From NCBI GenBank assembly GCA_050260815.1, contig JBLNCQ010000069.1, positions 1-50,960 of the forward strand: 50,960 nucleotides of DNA, given 5' to 3'. Below, one piece after another: positions 9,718 to 17,771 of the stretch (the first letter of the stretch is position 1; each line of letters begins with the position of its first letter). Source of the DNA: Bacillota bacterium (lineage in GTDB: Bacteria > Bacillota > Sulfobacillia > JAMDAP01). The notes below the pieces were generated by a model, which was not told where the DNA came from, searched no databases, and worked only from the letters and a program-made list of their open reading frames with translations. A program made the translations under genes and the position numbers.

Positions 9718-10533
9718 ATGACACGCATGTTGGAGGAAGCTGCGGCGCGTCGGGTTCTGGACTACTTCGCCTCTCACCCCGTGTTCGATCGACACCGGGG
9801 TGATATCTGCATCGCCCTGACGGGGTCGTTTGCCTTCGGGTTGGGAGGGAAGGGCGCCGACGTCGACGTCAAGGCGCTGGCTCCCGGTGCCGCCTTTGAC
9901 GCCATTCGAGCCGAATTGGCCGAGGCGGGTAGGATTGCGAAGGACGGCGCACCTGAGGAAGACCTCACAGGCGTCGTGGGTGACTACAGCCTGGAATCGC
10001 TGGAGGCGGTCTGGGAGCGTGTTCAGCGGTACGGCGACCTGACGCAGGTTTTCATCTACGGCAACCTGGTGTACCTGGACGGCCGGCGGGACTTTCTGGA
10101 ATCGCTCGTGCGGCACTGCCAAAGGATTCCGGATGCTGTCCTGAAGCGGGCGGTGGCCGAAGAACAGGCCTCCCTGTCACAAGCTCTTTACGGGTTTCTG
10201 AGGTCTTTCCAGAACGAAGACCCCGTGGCCAGGAACTTGACCCGGGCCGCCCTGGCTCGTGCCGCCATGCGTCTTGCGTTCCTTACGGAAGGGCAGGCGC
10301 CACCCTATGACAAGCACCTCTTTCGACTGTTGACCCGACTCCGGTGCGGGAAGCCCGTGGCCGAGGCCGTCCTGCAGTTCCTCACGGAATCCGGCGAATC
10401 AGTCGAAGCAGCCCTGTACGCCACGGTTGCAGCCGCTGACGATTGGCACGACATGTACGCGGCGGCGCTGGAGACGCCTGCCCTTGCCTTCCGCCGATCC
10501 GTCCATGACCTGCTTGGCCTTGCCCCGGTGTAA
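9718..10533 (+). CDS. Nucleotidyltransferase-domain protein with helical C-terminus (DUF4037-like)
   Basis: Pol-beta-type motif LTGSFAFGLGGKGADVDV; C-terminal PPYDKHLFR; codon usage looks less GC3-biased than neighbours. Confidence 0.7.
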   Translation: MTRMLEEAAARRVLDYFASHPVFDRHRGDICIALTGSFAFGLGGKGADVDVKALAPGAAFDAIRAELAEAGRIAKDGAPEEDLTGVVGDYSLESLEAVWERVQRYGDLTQVFIYGNLVYLDGRRDFLESLVRHCQRIPDAVLKRAVAEEQASLSQALYGFLRSFQNEDPVARNLTRAALARAAMRLAFLTEGQAPPYDKHLFRLLTRLRCGKPVAEAVLQFLTESGESVEAALYATVAAADDWHDMYAAALETPALAFRRSVHDLLGLAPV

Positions 10534-10548
10534 GCAAGCTTGCGTTCT

Positions 10549-11121
10549 TCAGCCCCGCAAGCGGCGAATCAGTTCCACGGCCCGGTCCGTCAGACGGCAG
10601 CGATAGCGGAAGAGGCCCTTCCCCGTATTCAGCAAGACTCGCCGCACGGGACCCTGGAGTTCCTCCAGGGTCATGAATTTTGCCTCGCGGATTTCGTTCC
10701 GGTCGTGGGGGCTGAGGGTCGGCTCCAGCGTGGAGGCGGTTACCACGTAGCTCGTCCAGGCCAGGGCGTCGGCTCCGTGGGTGAAGGTTGCGTCCACCCG
10801 CAGGATGTACTGCTCAACGGTGATTTCCAGGCCCGTCTCTTCCCAGGCCTCGCGTTGGGTGCCCTCGATGAAGTCCTCGCCCGGAGTGAGCCCCCCGCTG
10901 GGGGCGCGATACGCGCCAGGCGGGAAGAAAGGCTTGGCGATAACCGCCACCCGGCCCTCCGGGTTGAAGATGAAGAAGGTCACGTCGTGGGCCCGCCCAT
11001 TCTTCTGGCTGGCCCTGACCATGGCCATTTCCTCAGGGGAGATGGCCTGCTCCAGGCGCAGGATGTCAGGTTCGCCGTAGCGGGATTCCACCTGTTGCAG
11101 CATCTCTTGGGTGATGTACAC
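10549..11121 (-). CDS. NUDIX hydrolase
   Basis: Nudix box GGLTPGEDFIEGTQREAWEETGL; SD GGAGGAG then GTG. Confidence 0.9.
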   Translation of the reverse strand: MYITQEMLQQVESRYGEPDILRLEQAISPEEMAMVRASQKNGRAHDVTFFIFNPEGRVAVIAKPFFPPGAYRAPSGGLTPGEDFIEGTQREAWEETGLEITVEQYILRVDATFTHGADALAWTSYVVTASTLEPTLSPHDRNEIREAKFMTLEELQGPVRRVLLNTGKGLFRYRCRLTDRAVELIRRLRG

Positions 11122-11255
11122 GGCGGCTCCTCCAAAAGTCGATGAACAAACTGATTCATGCAGGAATGTCGTCTGGACAGGCTTCCTGCACCGTGCTACT
11201 CTACGATAGTAATTCGTGACACAAAACTACCTGCCGCGGCCTGAAGGACTGGGAA

Positions 11256-12494
11256 GTGATAGTATTGCAGCAGCACTGGCAGCGCAGTCTCTGGCTCCTC
11301 TGGATCGCTCTGTTCATCGTGCAGGTCGGGTTCAGCCTGATCATGCCCTTCCTCTCCCTGTACGTTCAGGAGATGGGGGTTGTCTCCGACCACGCAGTCG
11401 AACTCTGGTCCGGGGCCATCTTCTCCGCTAACTTTATCACAGCTGCGATCTTTCTTCCTATCTGGGGCGCTGTTGCTGATCGGGTCGGCCGCCGGGCGAT
11501 GATGCTGCGCGCCGCCTTCGGCATGGGTATCGTGGTGGGGGCCATGGGCCTGGCCACGCATCCCTGGCAGTTGGTGCTGCTACGCCTGCTCCAGGGGACA
11601 ACGGTTGGCCTGGTGCCCGCGGCCATCGCCTACATGACCCACGTGACGCCCAAGCGGCACACCGGTTATGTTCTGGGCACCCTACAGGCGGGGACCACCG
11701 CCGGCACAATCATCGGACCGCTGGTGGGCGGACTCCTGGCAACCTTCATCGGCCACCGGCCGATTTTCTATTTGACGGGACTGGCCTGCATCCTGGGCGG
11801 TGTCGTCATTTTCCTCTTCCTCCCGCCGGACGAGGTGACGGAGGAGGCTCGTACCCAGCGCACTTCGGTCATCGGCGACTTGAGGACGGTGGCACAGAAT
11901 CCGACGCTCCTGGCCATGATGGTGGTGCTGATGCTGACCACCTTCTCAGCCATGAACGCGGAGCCCATCATCCCGCTCTACCTGCAGACCCTGGCCCTGC
12001 CGCTCGGGTACGTGTCGCTGCTCTCCGGCTTTGTCTTCTCCGCCACCGGCATCGCCGACATCATCGCCTCGCCCTTCCTGGGGCGCCGCGGCGATCGCAT
12101 CGGCTACAAGAAGGTCCTGCTCATTTCCCTGGCCGGTTCGGCCGTGATGTACACCGCTCAGGCCTTTGCCCTGACCTGGTGGCACGTCCTTATTCTTCGC
12201 TTCCTGCAGGGCATCTTCATGGGCGGCGCGCTGGCCGCCGGCAATGCCCTGATTTCACTCTCCGTACCGGATGAGTTCCAGGGCCGCGCCTTCGGCGTCT
12301 CTACCGCGGCCATGCAGATGGGCAATTTTCTGGGCCCCCTGACCGGCGGCGCCGTCTCGGCCTGGTTCGGTTTCCGGGCAGTCTTCCCGCTGACCGGTCT
12401 GCTGCGCATGATCAACTTTGTCTGGGTCTACATGGTGGTGCGCGAGGTGACGGGTCTGCAGCGCCTGCAGCAGGAGGCCGCCACGGCGGACTAG
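11256..12494 (+). CDS. MFS transporter, DHA1/MdtG-like
   Basis: WGAVADRVGRRAM, LLRLLQG, GTIIGPLVGG; about 12 TM; putative promoter TGGACA-N17-TACTCT at 11174-11202. Confidence 0.9.
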   Translation: MIVLQQHWQRSLWLLWIALFIVQVGFSLIMPFLSLYVQEMGVVSDHAVELWSGAIFSANFITAAIFLPIWGAVADRVGRRAMMLRAAFGMGIVVGAMGLATHPWQLVLLRLLQGTTVGLVPAAIAYMTHVTPKRHTGYVLGTLQAGTTAGTIIGPLVGGLLATFIGHRPIFYLTGLACILGGVVIFLFLPPDEVTEEARTQRTSVIGDLRTVAQNPTLLAMMVVLMLTTFSAMNAEPIIPLYLQTLALPLGYVSLLSGFVFSATGIADIIASPFLGRRGDRIGYKKVLLISLAGSAVMYTAQAFALTWWHVLILRFLQGIFMGGALAAGNALISLSVPDEFQGRAFGVSTAAMQMGNFLGPLTGGAVSAWFGFRAVFPLTGLLRMINFVWVYMVVREVTGLQRLQQEAATAD

Positions 12495-12521
12495 CCCTCC
12501 TGGCGCAATCGTGAAACAACA

Positions 12522-12552
12522 GCCGCCCGGCCTTGCCGGGCGGCATCTTCTT
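12522..12552 (+). terminator. Intrinsic terminator
   Basis: GCCGCCCGGC-ctt-GCCGGGCGGC then ATCTTCTT. Confidence 0.6.
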
Positions 12553-12617
12553 GGGTGGAGCGCCAGGGGTCCGGCTCATACTGTGCATGGAAGGCTTACG
12601 CAAAGGCGGTGTTCCTC

Positions 12618-13061
12618 GTGGCCGGACTCCTCTTCCCGCTCCTGGGCGGGTCAACCGTGCCCGTTGAGATCCTTTCCGCACAGCGCCTGGTGACGGCTGT
12701 GCGTCAGGAAGCCCAGGTCCTGTTGCCTGTGGCGCAGGCCACCGGCAGCGCATCGATTGGCGAAGCCCAGTTGAGAAGCTGGGACGCGGCTCTCGTTACC
12801 GCGGTTAACCAGCTGGGTCGGGTCCCCAATCCGCTGATCTTCCCGCCGCCGCTCTTCATCACGCTGATACAGCAAGCCATAGTCCAGATCAACCTCGCCT
12901 TGGAGATCATCCGCTCGATTCCCATCGCCGCCCCGCTCATCTTCCCGCCTCAACCCGGTCAGGCTGTGGCATCTTTGAGCGTCCTTCAGTCGCTCCTCGC
13001 CGCCCTGCTGCGCGCCGAGGGCCTTCTCGTCCAGGCGGCTCAGGCTGCGGCGACAGTATGA
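12618..13061 (+). CDS. Hypothetical helical protein with repeated PLIFPP motifs
   Basis: SD-like AAAGGCGGTG then GTG at 12618; amphipathic helices separated by PLIFPP; CATACTGT (sporulation-sigma-like -10) upstream. Confidence 0.6.
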   Translation: MAGLLFPLLGGSTVPVEILSAQRLVTAVRQEAQVLLPVAQATGSASIGEAQLRSWDAALVTAVNQLGRVPNPLIFPPPLFITLIQQAIVQINLALEIIRSIPIAAPLIFPPQPGQAVASLSVLQSLLAALLRAEGLLVQAAQAAATV

Positions 13062-13155
13062 CGCGCCGGATGAGAACTGCGCATGAATGCGCGACTTTGC
13101 CGGCCGGGACGGCGGGTGCCCCCCGCCGTCTCTGCCTGTATCCGCCTCTGTTCGA

Positions 13156-13186
13156 TTGACAAACGCCTGTTCGCTTCGGGTATAAT
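13156..13186 (+). promoter_or_regulatory. SigA promoter with overlapping LexA (Cheo) SOS box upstream of uvrA
   Basis: TTGACA-N19-TATAAT; CAAACGCCTGTTCG at 13160-13173 has one mismatch to CGAAC-N4-GTTCG. Confidence 0.7.
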
Positions 13187-13216
13187 CTGGATGTGACGGA
13201 GATGCTCTTCCCGATG

Positions 13217-13225
13217 TGTTATAAT
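13217..13225 (+). promoter_or_regulatory. Second, extended -10 promoter upstream of uvrA
   Basis: TGtTATAAT. Confidence 0.5.
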
Positions 13226-13323
13226 CTTGGTCGAATGCCGCAGCGGCGGCCCTTTTTCATCTAGTGGAATGGCCCTTAGGCCGCCCGGAATGGGGCCCGC
13301 CCTTCGGGAGTGGAGGACAGCAC

Positions 13324-16242
13324 GTGGCAAAGGACAAAATCGTCGTCCGCGGGGCACGCGAGCACAACCTGAAAAACATTGACGTGGAGATTCCCCGCGA
13401 CCGGCTGGTCGTCCTCACCGGCCTTTCCGGCTCGGGGAAGTCCAGCCTGGCGTTTGACACCATCTACGCTGAGGGGCAGCGGCGCTACGTGGAATCGCTC
13501 TCCGCCTACGCCCGCCAGTTCCTGGGGCAGATGGACAAACCGGATGTTGACTATATTGAAGGCCTCAGCCCGGCCATCTCCATCGATCAGAAGACCACCA
13601 GCCGTAACCCGCGGTCCACCGTGGGCACGGTGACGGAAATCTATGATTACCTGCGTCTGCTTTATGCCCGCATCGGCCGGCCTCACTGCCACAAGTGCGG
13701 TAAGCCCATCACCAGCCAGACCGTAGAGCAGATGGTGGACCAGGTGCTCACCCTGCCGGAGGGCACTCGCATCCAGGTGTTGGCGCCGCTGGTGCGCGGG
13801 CGCAAGGGGGAGCATGAGAAGGTGCTGGAAGAGGTCCGCCGCGGCGGCTACGTCCGCGTCCGGGTGGACGGCGAGGTCCATGAGGCCACGGAGTCCATCC
13901 CCCTGGAGAAGAACAAGAAGCACACCATTGAAGTGGTCGTGGATCGGCTTGTGGTCCGGCCCGACATCGACAAGCGTCTGGCGGACTCCTTTGAAACGGC
14001 CCTGGGCCTGTCCGGCGGCCTGCTGACCGTCAACGTCCTCAGCAAGGAAGGGCCGGGGCAGGACGTTCTGTTCTCCGCCGCGCTGGCCTGCCCGGATTGC
14101 GGCGTCAGCATCGACGAACTGGCCCCCCGCATGTTCTCCTTCAACAGCCCCTACGGTGCCTGCCCCTCCTGCTCCGGCCTGGGAGCCAACCTGGAGGTGG
14201 ACCCGGACCTGGTCATCCCGGACAAGGGGCGGACCCTGGAGGAAGGTGCTGTGGCGCCCTGGGCGCAGAGCACCTCCAACTGGTATCCCAACCTGCTGTC
14301 GGCCCTGCACAGACAGATGGGCGTGCCGCTGGACGTCCCGTGGAACAGGATGAGTCGCGAACACCAGGACATCATCCTGTATGGGCTCCCGGCCGGACAG
14401 AAGATCAAGGTGCGCCATGAGACCTCCAAAGGGGTCACGGCCACCTATGAGGTTCACTATGACGGCGTCATCAAGCAGTTGGAGCGTTGGTACCGCGAGA
14501 CCTCCAGCGAGTGGAGCAAGGAGCGCATCGAGGAGTACATGAGCAGCCGGGTCTGCCCGGTGTGCAACGGCGCACGCCTGAAGCCCGAGGTGCTGGCGGT
14601 TCGCATTGGCGGCAAGAACATCTCGGAAGCCACCCACCTGACGGTGCTGGAGGCCCGCGAGTTCTTCACCACGTTGGACCTGACGGAGCGGGAGCTGACC
14701 ATTGCCCGCCAGGTGCTGAAGGAGATTAACGAGCGGCTGGGCTTCCTGGTCAACGTGGGCCTGGACTACCTGACCCTGGACCGGGCGTCCGGAACGCTCT
14801 CCGGCGGCGAGGCGCAGCGCATTCGCCTGGCCACGCAGATTGGGTCCCAGCTGATGGGTGTGCTCTACATCCTGGATGAGCCCAGCATCGGACTGCACCA
14901 GCGTGACAACGAGCGCCTGCTGGCCACCCTCAAGCAGCTTCGCGACGTGGGCAACACGCTGCTGGTGGTAGAGCACGACGAGGACACCATGCTGGCGGCG
15001 GACTACATCATCGACATCGGACCGGGGGCCGGCGTCCACGGAGGGCACGTCGTCGCCGCCGGGACGGTGGAGGCCATCATGGCCTCCAAGGAGTCCATCA
15101 CCGGCGACTACCTGTCCGGCCGCAAGACCATCCCCGTTCCCGAAGTGCGCCGCAAGCCGAACGGCAAGTGGCTGGAACTGCGCGGCGCCCGCGAGAACAA
15201 CCTCAAGGACATCACCGTCCGCTTCCCGCTCAACCTCTTTATCTGCGTCACCGGTGTCTCCGGCTCCGGCAAGTCCACGCTGGTCAACGAGATTCTGCAC
15301 AAGCGGCTGGCCTCCACGCTCAACGGCGCCCGCAGCAAGCCGGGCGCCCATGATGAGCTGCTGGGCCTGGACTATCTGGACAAGGTCATTGATATCGACC
15401 AGTCGCCCATCGGGCGGACGCCGCGCTCCAACCCGGCCACGTACACCGGCGTCTTCGACCTCATCCGCGAGGTCTTTGCCAGCACCCCCGACGCCAAGAT
15501 GCGGGGCTACCGGCCCGGCCGCTTCTCCTTCAACGTCAAGGGGGGGCGGTGTGAGGCCTGCTCGGGCGACGGCATCATCAAAATTGAGATGCACTTCCTG
15601 CCGGACGTCTACGTGCCGTGCGAGGTCTGCAAGGGCAAGCGCTACAACCGCGAGACCCTGGAGGTCCACTACAAGGGCAAGACCATCGCCGACGTCCTGG
15701 ATATGAACGTGGATGAGGCCACGGAGTTCTTCCACCCCATCCCCCGCATCTACCGCAAGCTGAAGACGCTGCAGGACGTCGGCCTGGGCTACATCAAGCT
15801 GGGCCAGCCGGCCACCCAGCTCTCCGGCGGCGAGGCGCAGCGAGTCAAGCTGGCCACGGAGCTGTCGCGGCGGTCCAACGGCAAGACGTTCTACATCCTG
15901 GACGAGCCCACAACCGGCCTGCACACCGCCGACATCCACAAGCTGCTGGAGGTCCTCCAGCGCCTCGTGGATGCGGGCGACACCGTGCTGGTCATCGAGC
16001 ACAACCTGGACGTCATCAAGACGGCGGACTACATCATCGACCTGGGACCGGAGGGCGGCAACCGGGGCGGCGAGGTCATCGCCGTCGGCACGCCGGAACA
16101 GGTGGCCCGCAGCCCCCGGTCCTACACCGGCCACTTCCTGCGCCGTGTGCTGGAGAAGGCGGGACGGGACCTGGGCAAGGAGGAGCCGGCGGAGAAGAAG
16201 CCGCGGCGCCGCGCCCGCGCCGCGGGAGACCGTGCCGGGTAG
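13324..16242 (+). CDS. uvrA: Excinuclease ABC subunit A
   Basis: [10 protein letters not shown], two Walker A motifs ([16 protein letters not shown]), two LSGGEAQR signatures, CxxC zinc fingers; SD GGAGG then GTG at 13324. Confidence 0.98.
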   Translation: MAKDKIVVRGAREHNLKNIDVEIPRDRLVVLTGLSGSGKSSLAFDTIYAEGQRRYVESLSAYARQFLGQMDKPDVDYIEGLSPAISIDQKTTSRNPRSTVGTVTEIYDYLRLLYARIGRPHCHKCGKPITSQTVEQMVDQVLTLPEGTRIQVLAPLVRGRKGEHEKVLEEVRRGGYVRVRVDGEVHEATESIPLEKNKKHTIEVVVDRLVVRPDIDKRLADSFETALGLSGGLLTVNVLSKEGPGQDVLFSAALACPDCGVSIDELAPRMFSFNSPYGACPSCSGLGANLEVDPDLVIPDKGRTLEEGAVAPWAQSTSNWYPNLLSALHRQMGVPLDVPWNRMSREHQDIILYGLPAGQKIKVRHETSKGVTATYEVHYDGVIKQLERWYRETSSEWSKERIEEYMSSRVCPVCNGARLKPEVLAVRIGGKNISEATHLTVLEAREFFTTLDLTERELTIARQVLKEINERLGFLVNVGLDYLTLDRASGTLSGGEAQRIRLATQIGSQLMGVLYILDEPSIGLHQRDNERLLATLKQLRDVGNTLLVVEHDEDTMLAADYIIDIGPGAGVHGGHVVAAGTVEAIMASKESITGDYLSGRKTIPVPEVRRKPNGKWLELRGARENNLKDITVRFPLNLFICVTGVSGSGKSTLVNEILHKRLASTLNGARSKPGAHDELLGLDYLDKVIDIDQSPIGRTPRSNPATYTGVFDLIREVFASTPDAKMRGYRPGRFSFNVKGGRCEACSGDGIIKIEMHFLPDVYVPCEVCKGKRYNRETLEVHYKGKTIADVLDMNVDEATEFFHPIPRIYRKLKTLQDVGLGYIKLGQPATQLSGGEAQRVKLATELSRRSNGKTFYILDEPTTGLHTADIHKLLEVLQRLVDAGDTVLVIEHNLDVIKTADYIIDLGPEGGNRGGEVIAVGTPEQVARSPRSYTGHFLRRVLEKAGRDLGKEEPAEKKPRRRARAAGDRAG

Positions 16243-16373
16243 GCACCCGCTATCACGTCGGCTCGGGCGTGTCGAATGGTCCCCAGGTTATGAGCGTTCT
16301 GGCGGTTCCTCCGGATAAAGGCGCTTCAGGGAGCATGAGCTTGGATTCAGGAGTTCGTTGCTGTAGCCGCTCG

Positions 16374-16402
16374 TTGGCCCCGGTCCCTCGTTCTCGTACA
16401 CT
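16374..16402 (+). promoter_or_regulatory. Putative sigA promoter of small toxin-like gene
   Basis: TTGGCC-N17-TACACT. Confidence 0.45.
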
Positions 16403-16479
16403 TGTTCTTGGAAGTCGATGACCTGCCATGCAGTGAGGCAGTCTCCTCCCGCTTTGCCGGACGGCGCAGTTAGCGGGAG

Positions 16480-16590
16480 GTGAGAAGTACGCAGCACGAT
16501 ATTGTAGCGGTCATTGTAGCGCTGATCTCTGCCGCAGCCACTATCCTGGCTGCGCATATCAACAGTCGCAACAGAAAGCCCAAGAAATAG
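16480..16590 (+). CDS. Small hydrophobic peptide, type I toxin-like (not in ORF track)
   Basis: (M)RSTQHDIVAVIVALISAAATILAAHINSRNRKPKK*: one TM helix plus basic tail. Strong SD GGGAGGTGA; the codon at SD-optimal spacing is ACG (16489), and an in-frame GTG lies at 16480. Confidence 0.65.
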   Translation: MRSTQHDIVAVIVALISAAATILAAHINSRNRKPKK

Positions 16591-16700
16591 CGAAAGGACC
16601 TCGTACAAAGGTCCTCTCGCCTGGATCTAACGGTCTCAGGTTGTAGAAACTGGACTGCGCCGTCCACTTCCGGGTAGGGCCCTGTGACAGCAGGTGCCCT
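16582..16700 (-). ncRNA. Putative cis-antisense antitoxin RNA
   Basis: Minus-strand promoter TTGACA(16735-16730)-N17-GACAAT(16712-16707); hairpin 16590-16620 followed on the minus strand by TATTTCTT. Confidence 0.5.
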
Positions 16701-16711
16701 ACCCTTATTGT
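16672..16711 (+). terminator. Terminator of toxin-like mRNA
   Basis: GGGTAGGGC-CCTG-tgacag-CAGG-t-GCCCTACCC followed by TTATTGT. Confidence 0.65.
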
Positions 16712-16719
16712 CTGCCGGT

Positions 16720-16872
16720 CACCTCTTGTTGTCAATAGCGCCACCTCTTGCCGCCAATTGCAGTCGTGGGAACGCGCCCCACAGCTCACAGGTCACCTTA
16801 TGCTGTCAATTCGTCCACCTCCTGTTGCCCTGTCGACGCCCTGTAGAGGCAGCAGATGGCTGCCAAAAGGTG
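16720..16872. repeat. Phased 17-bp imperfect repeats CACCTnnTGyyGyCAAT
   Basis: Copies at 16720, 16742, 16794 and 16816 (two pairs, 22 bp apart) plus a weaker inverted copy at 16856-16872. Confidence 0.65.
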
Positions 16873-16926
16873 ATGGGTAAGGGACCCAGCAGAGCGGATC
16901 ATACTAGGCCCGGGAGGTGACGGGCG

Positions 16927-17073
16927 GTGAACTGGCGGCCCTTAGCGCAGCAAGTCCTGCCGGGCGCTGTCATGCTGCTGGCAGGCATGGCCCTGACCCG
17001 CGTGGGAAGTCAGCGCCTCCGCCGAGGCATGGCGGAAGTGACGGGCTCCCGGCGGAGAGGTTGGCTATCGTAG
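16927..17073 (+). CDS. Small (48 aa) putative membrane-associated protein, possibly sporulation-related (not in ORF track)
   Basis: SD GGGAGGTGA then GTG; MNWRPLAQQVLPGAVMLLAGMALTRVGSQRLRRGMAEVTGSRRRGWLS; CATACTA at 16900-16906; ends just before a strong hairpin. Confidence 0.55.
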   Translation: MNWRPLAQQVLPGAVMLLAGMALTRVGSQRLRRGMAEVTGSRRRGWLS

Positions 17074-17079
17074 ACGCAT

Positions 17080-17108
17080 CGGGCCCCCACCGTCAAGGTG
17101 GGGGCCCG
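17080..17108. terminator. Hairpin between convergent genes
   Basis: CGGGCCCCCACC-gtcaa-GGTGGGGGCCCG, 12-bp perfect stem. Confidence 0.65.
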
Positions 17109-17121
17109 AACATTCCAGGCC

Positions 17122-17610
17122 TCACGGCCGCTCCATGCCCACGTATTCCGGATGGGGGGCCGGGTCCTTGGGCTCCGGCGGGTGATCGCCGCCCGCCAGC
17201 CAGTGGCCCAGGGCGCGCTCCCAGGTCTTGGGCATCACCTGGGGCGCCTCGTTGGCCACCACGTCCAGCCGCTTCAGGAAGGAATGGTAGAAGAACTCCA
17301 CCACGCCGACCAGCGCGCCCGCGGCCAGGGCCCGACCCAGGCCCACCCGCGACCCGGGCAGCACGAACTGCAGCCCGTACAGCAGGAAGGCCGCCATGAA
17401 CCCGTCGGCCACGGAGGCCACCAGGTTGCCCATATGGGGGAAAACGTACAGGTCGCCGCTCATGTACAGGGAGACTGTCAGCACGGCCGCCGCCACGGCC
17501 AGGTGCCGCCAGGGCCAGTAGCCTGCCCAGGGCAGTGTGGCGGCCAGCAGCACGCTCATCAGACCGAATTTGGTTACCAGGGCCTTGGTATGATTCAGGT
17601 TGATGGACAC
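17122..17610 (-). CDS. DUF2512 / YndM-family membrane protein
   Basis: H-x-KAL-x-KF start, Y-x-x-GDLYVFPHMGNLVASVADG, VEFFYHSFL; upstream GCATA-N15-GGCAACCTT resembles a sigF/sigG promoter. Confidence 0.8.
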   Translation of the reverse strand: MSINLNHTKALVTKFGLMSVLLAATLPWAGYWPWRHLAVAAAVLTVSLYMSGDLYVFPHMGNLVASVADGFMAAFLLYGLQFVLPGSRVGLGRALAAGALVGVVEFFYHSFLKRLDVVANEAPQVMPKTWERALGHWLAGGDHPPEPKDPAPHPEYVGMERP

Positions 17611-17666
17611 AGCGCATCGCCTCCAGTGGCAAGGTTGCCCGGCGGCGAAAGCGTTATGCAGTGGCG

Positions 17667-17675
17667 TGCTATAAT
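17667..17675 (+). promoter_or_regulatory. Extended -10 promoter for uvrC
   Basis: TGcTATAAT. Confidence 0.55.
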
Positions 17676-17771
17676 CGGGATGATGTGCTGTTGCGAGTCC
17701 CGGCTGGAGCGGAACGCGGCCGGACGGGGGTTGGGAAAACGTCGCCCGGCCCTAGGAAAGGGGGGACACGG

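Noticed and set aside
7582-16134. Long minus-strand ORFs 7582..10122 and 13276..16134 (likewise 1085..2626, 43396..45438, 46944..49442 and others)
   Set aside because: Antisense shadows of real genes in GC-rich DNA; no motifs or SD
16288-16789. Minus-strand ORFs 16288..16608, 16470..16667 and 16559..16789
   Set aside because: No SD or family features; the region is better explained by the plus-strand peptide and antisense RNA
16720-16832. Possible CRISPR array
   Set aside because: Repeats are short and degenerate with gaps of 5, 35 and 5 bp; no cas genes. No CRISPR array was seen anywhere in the window
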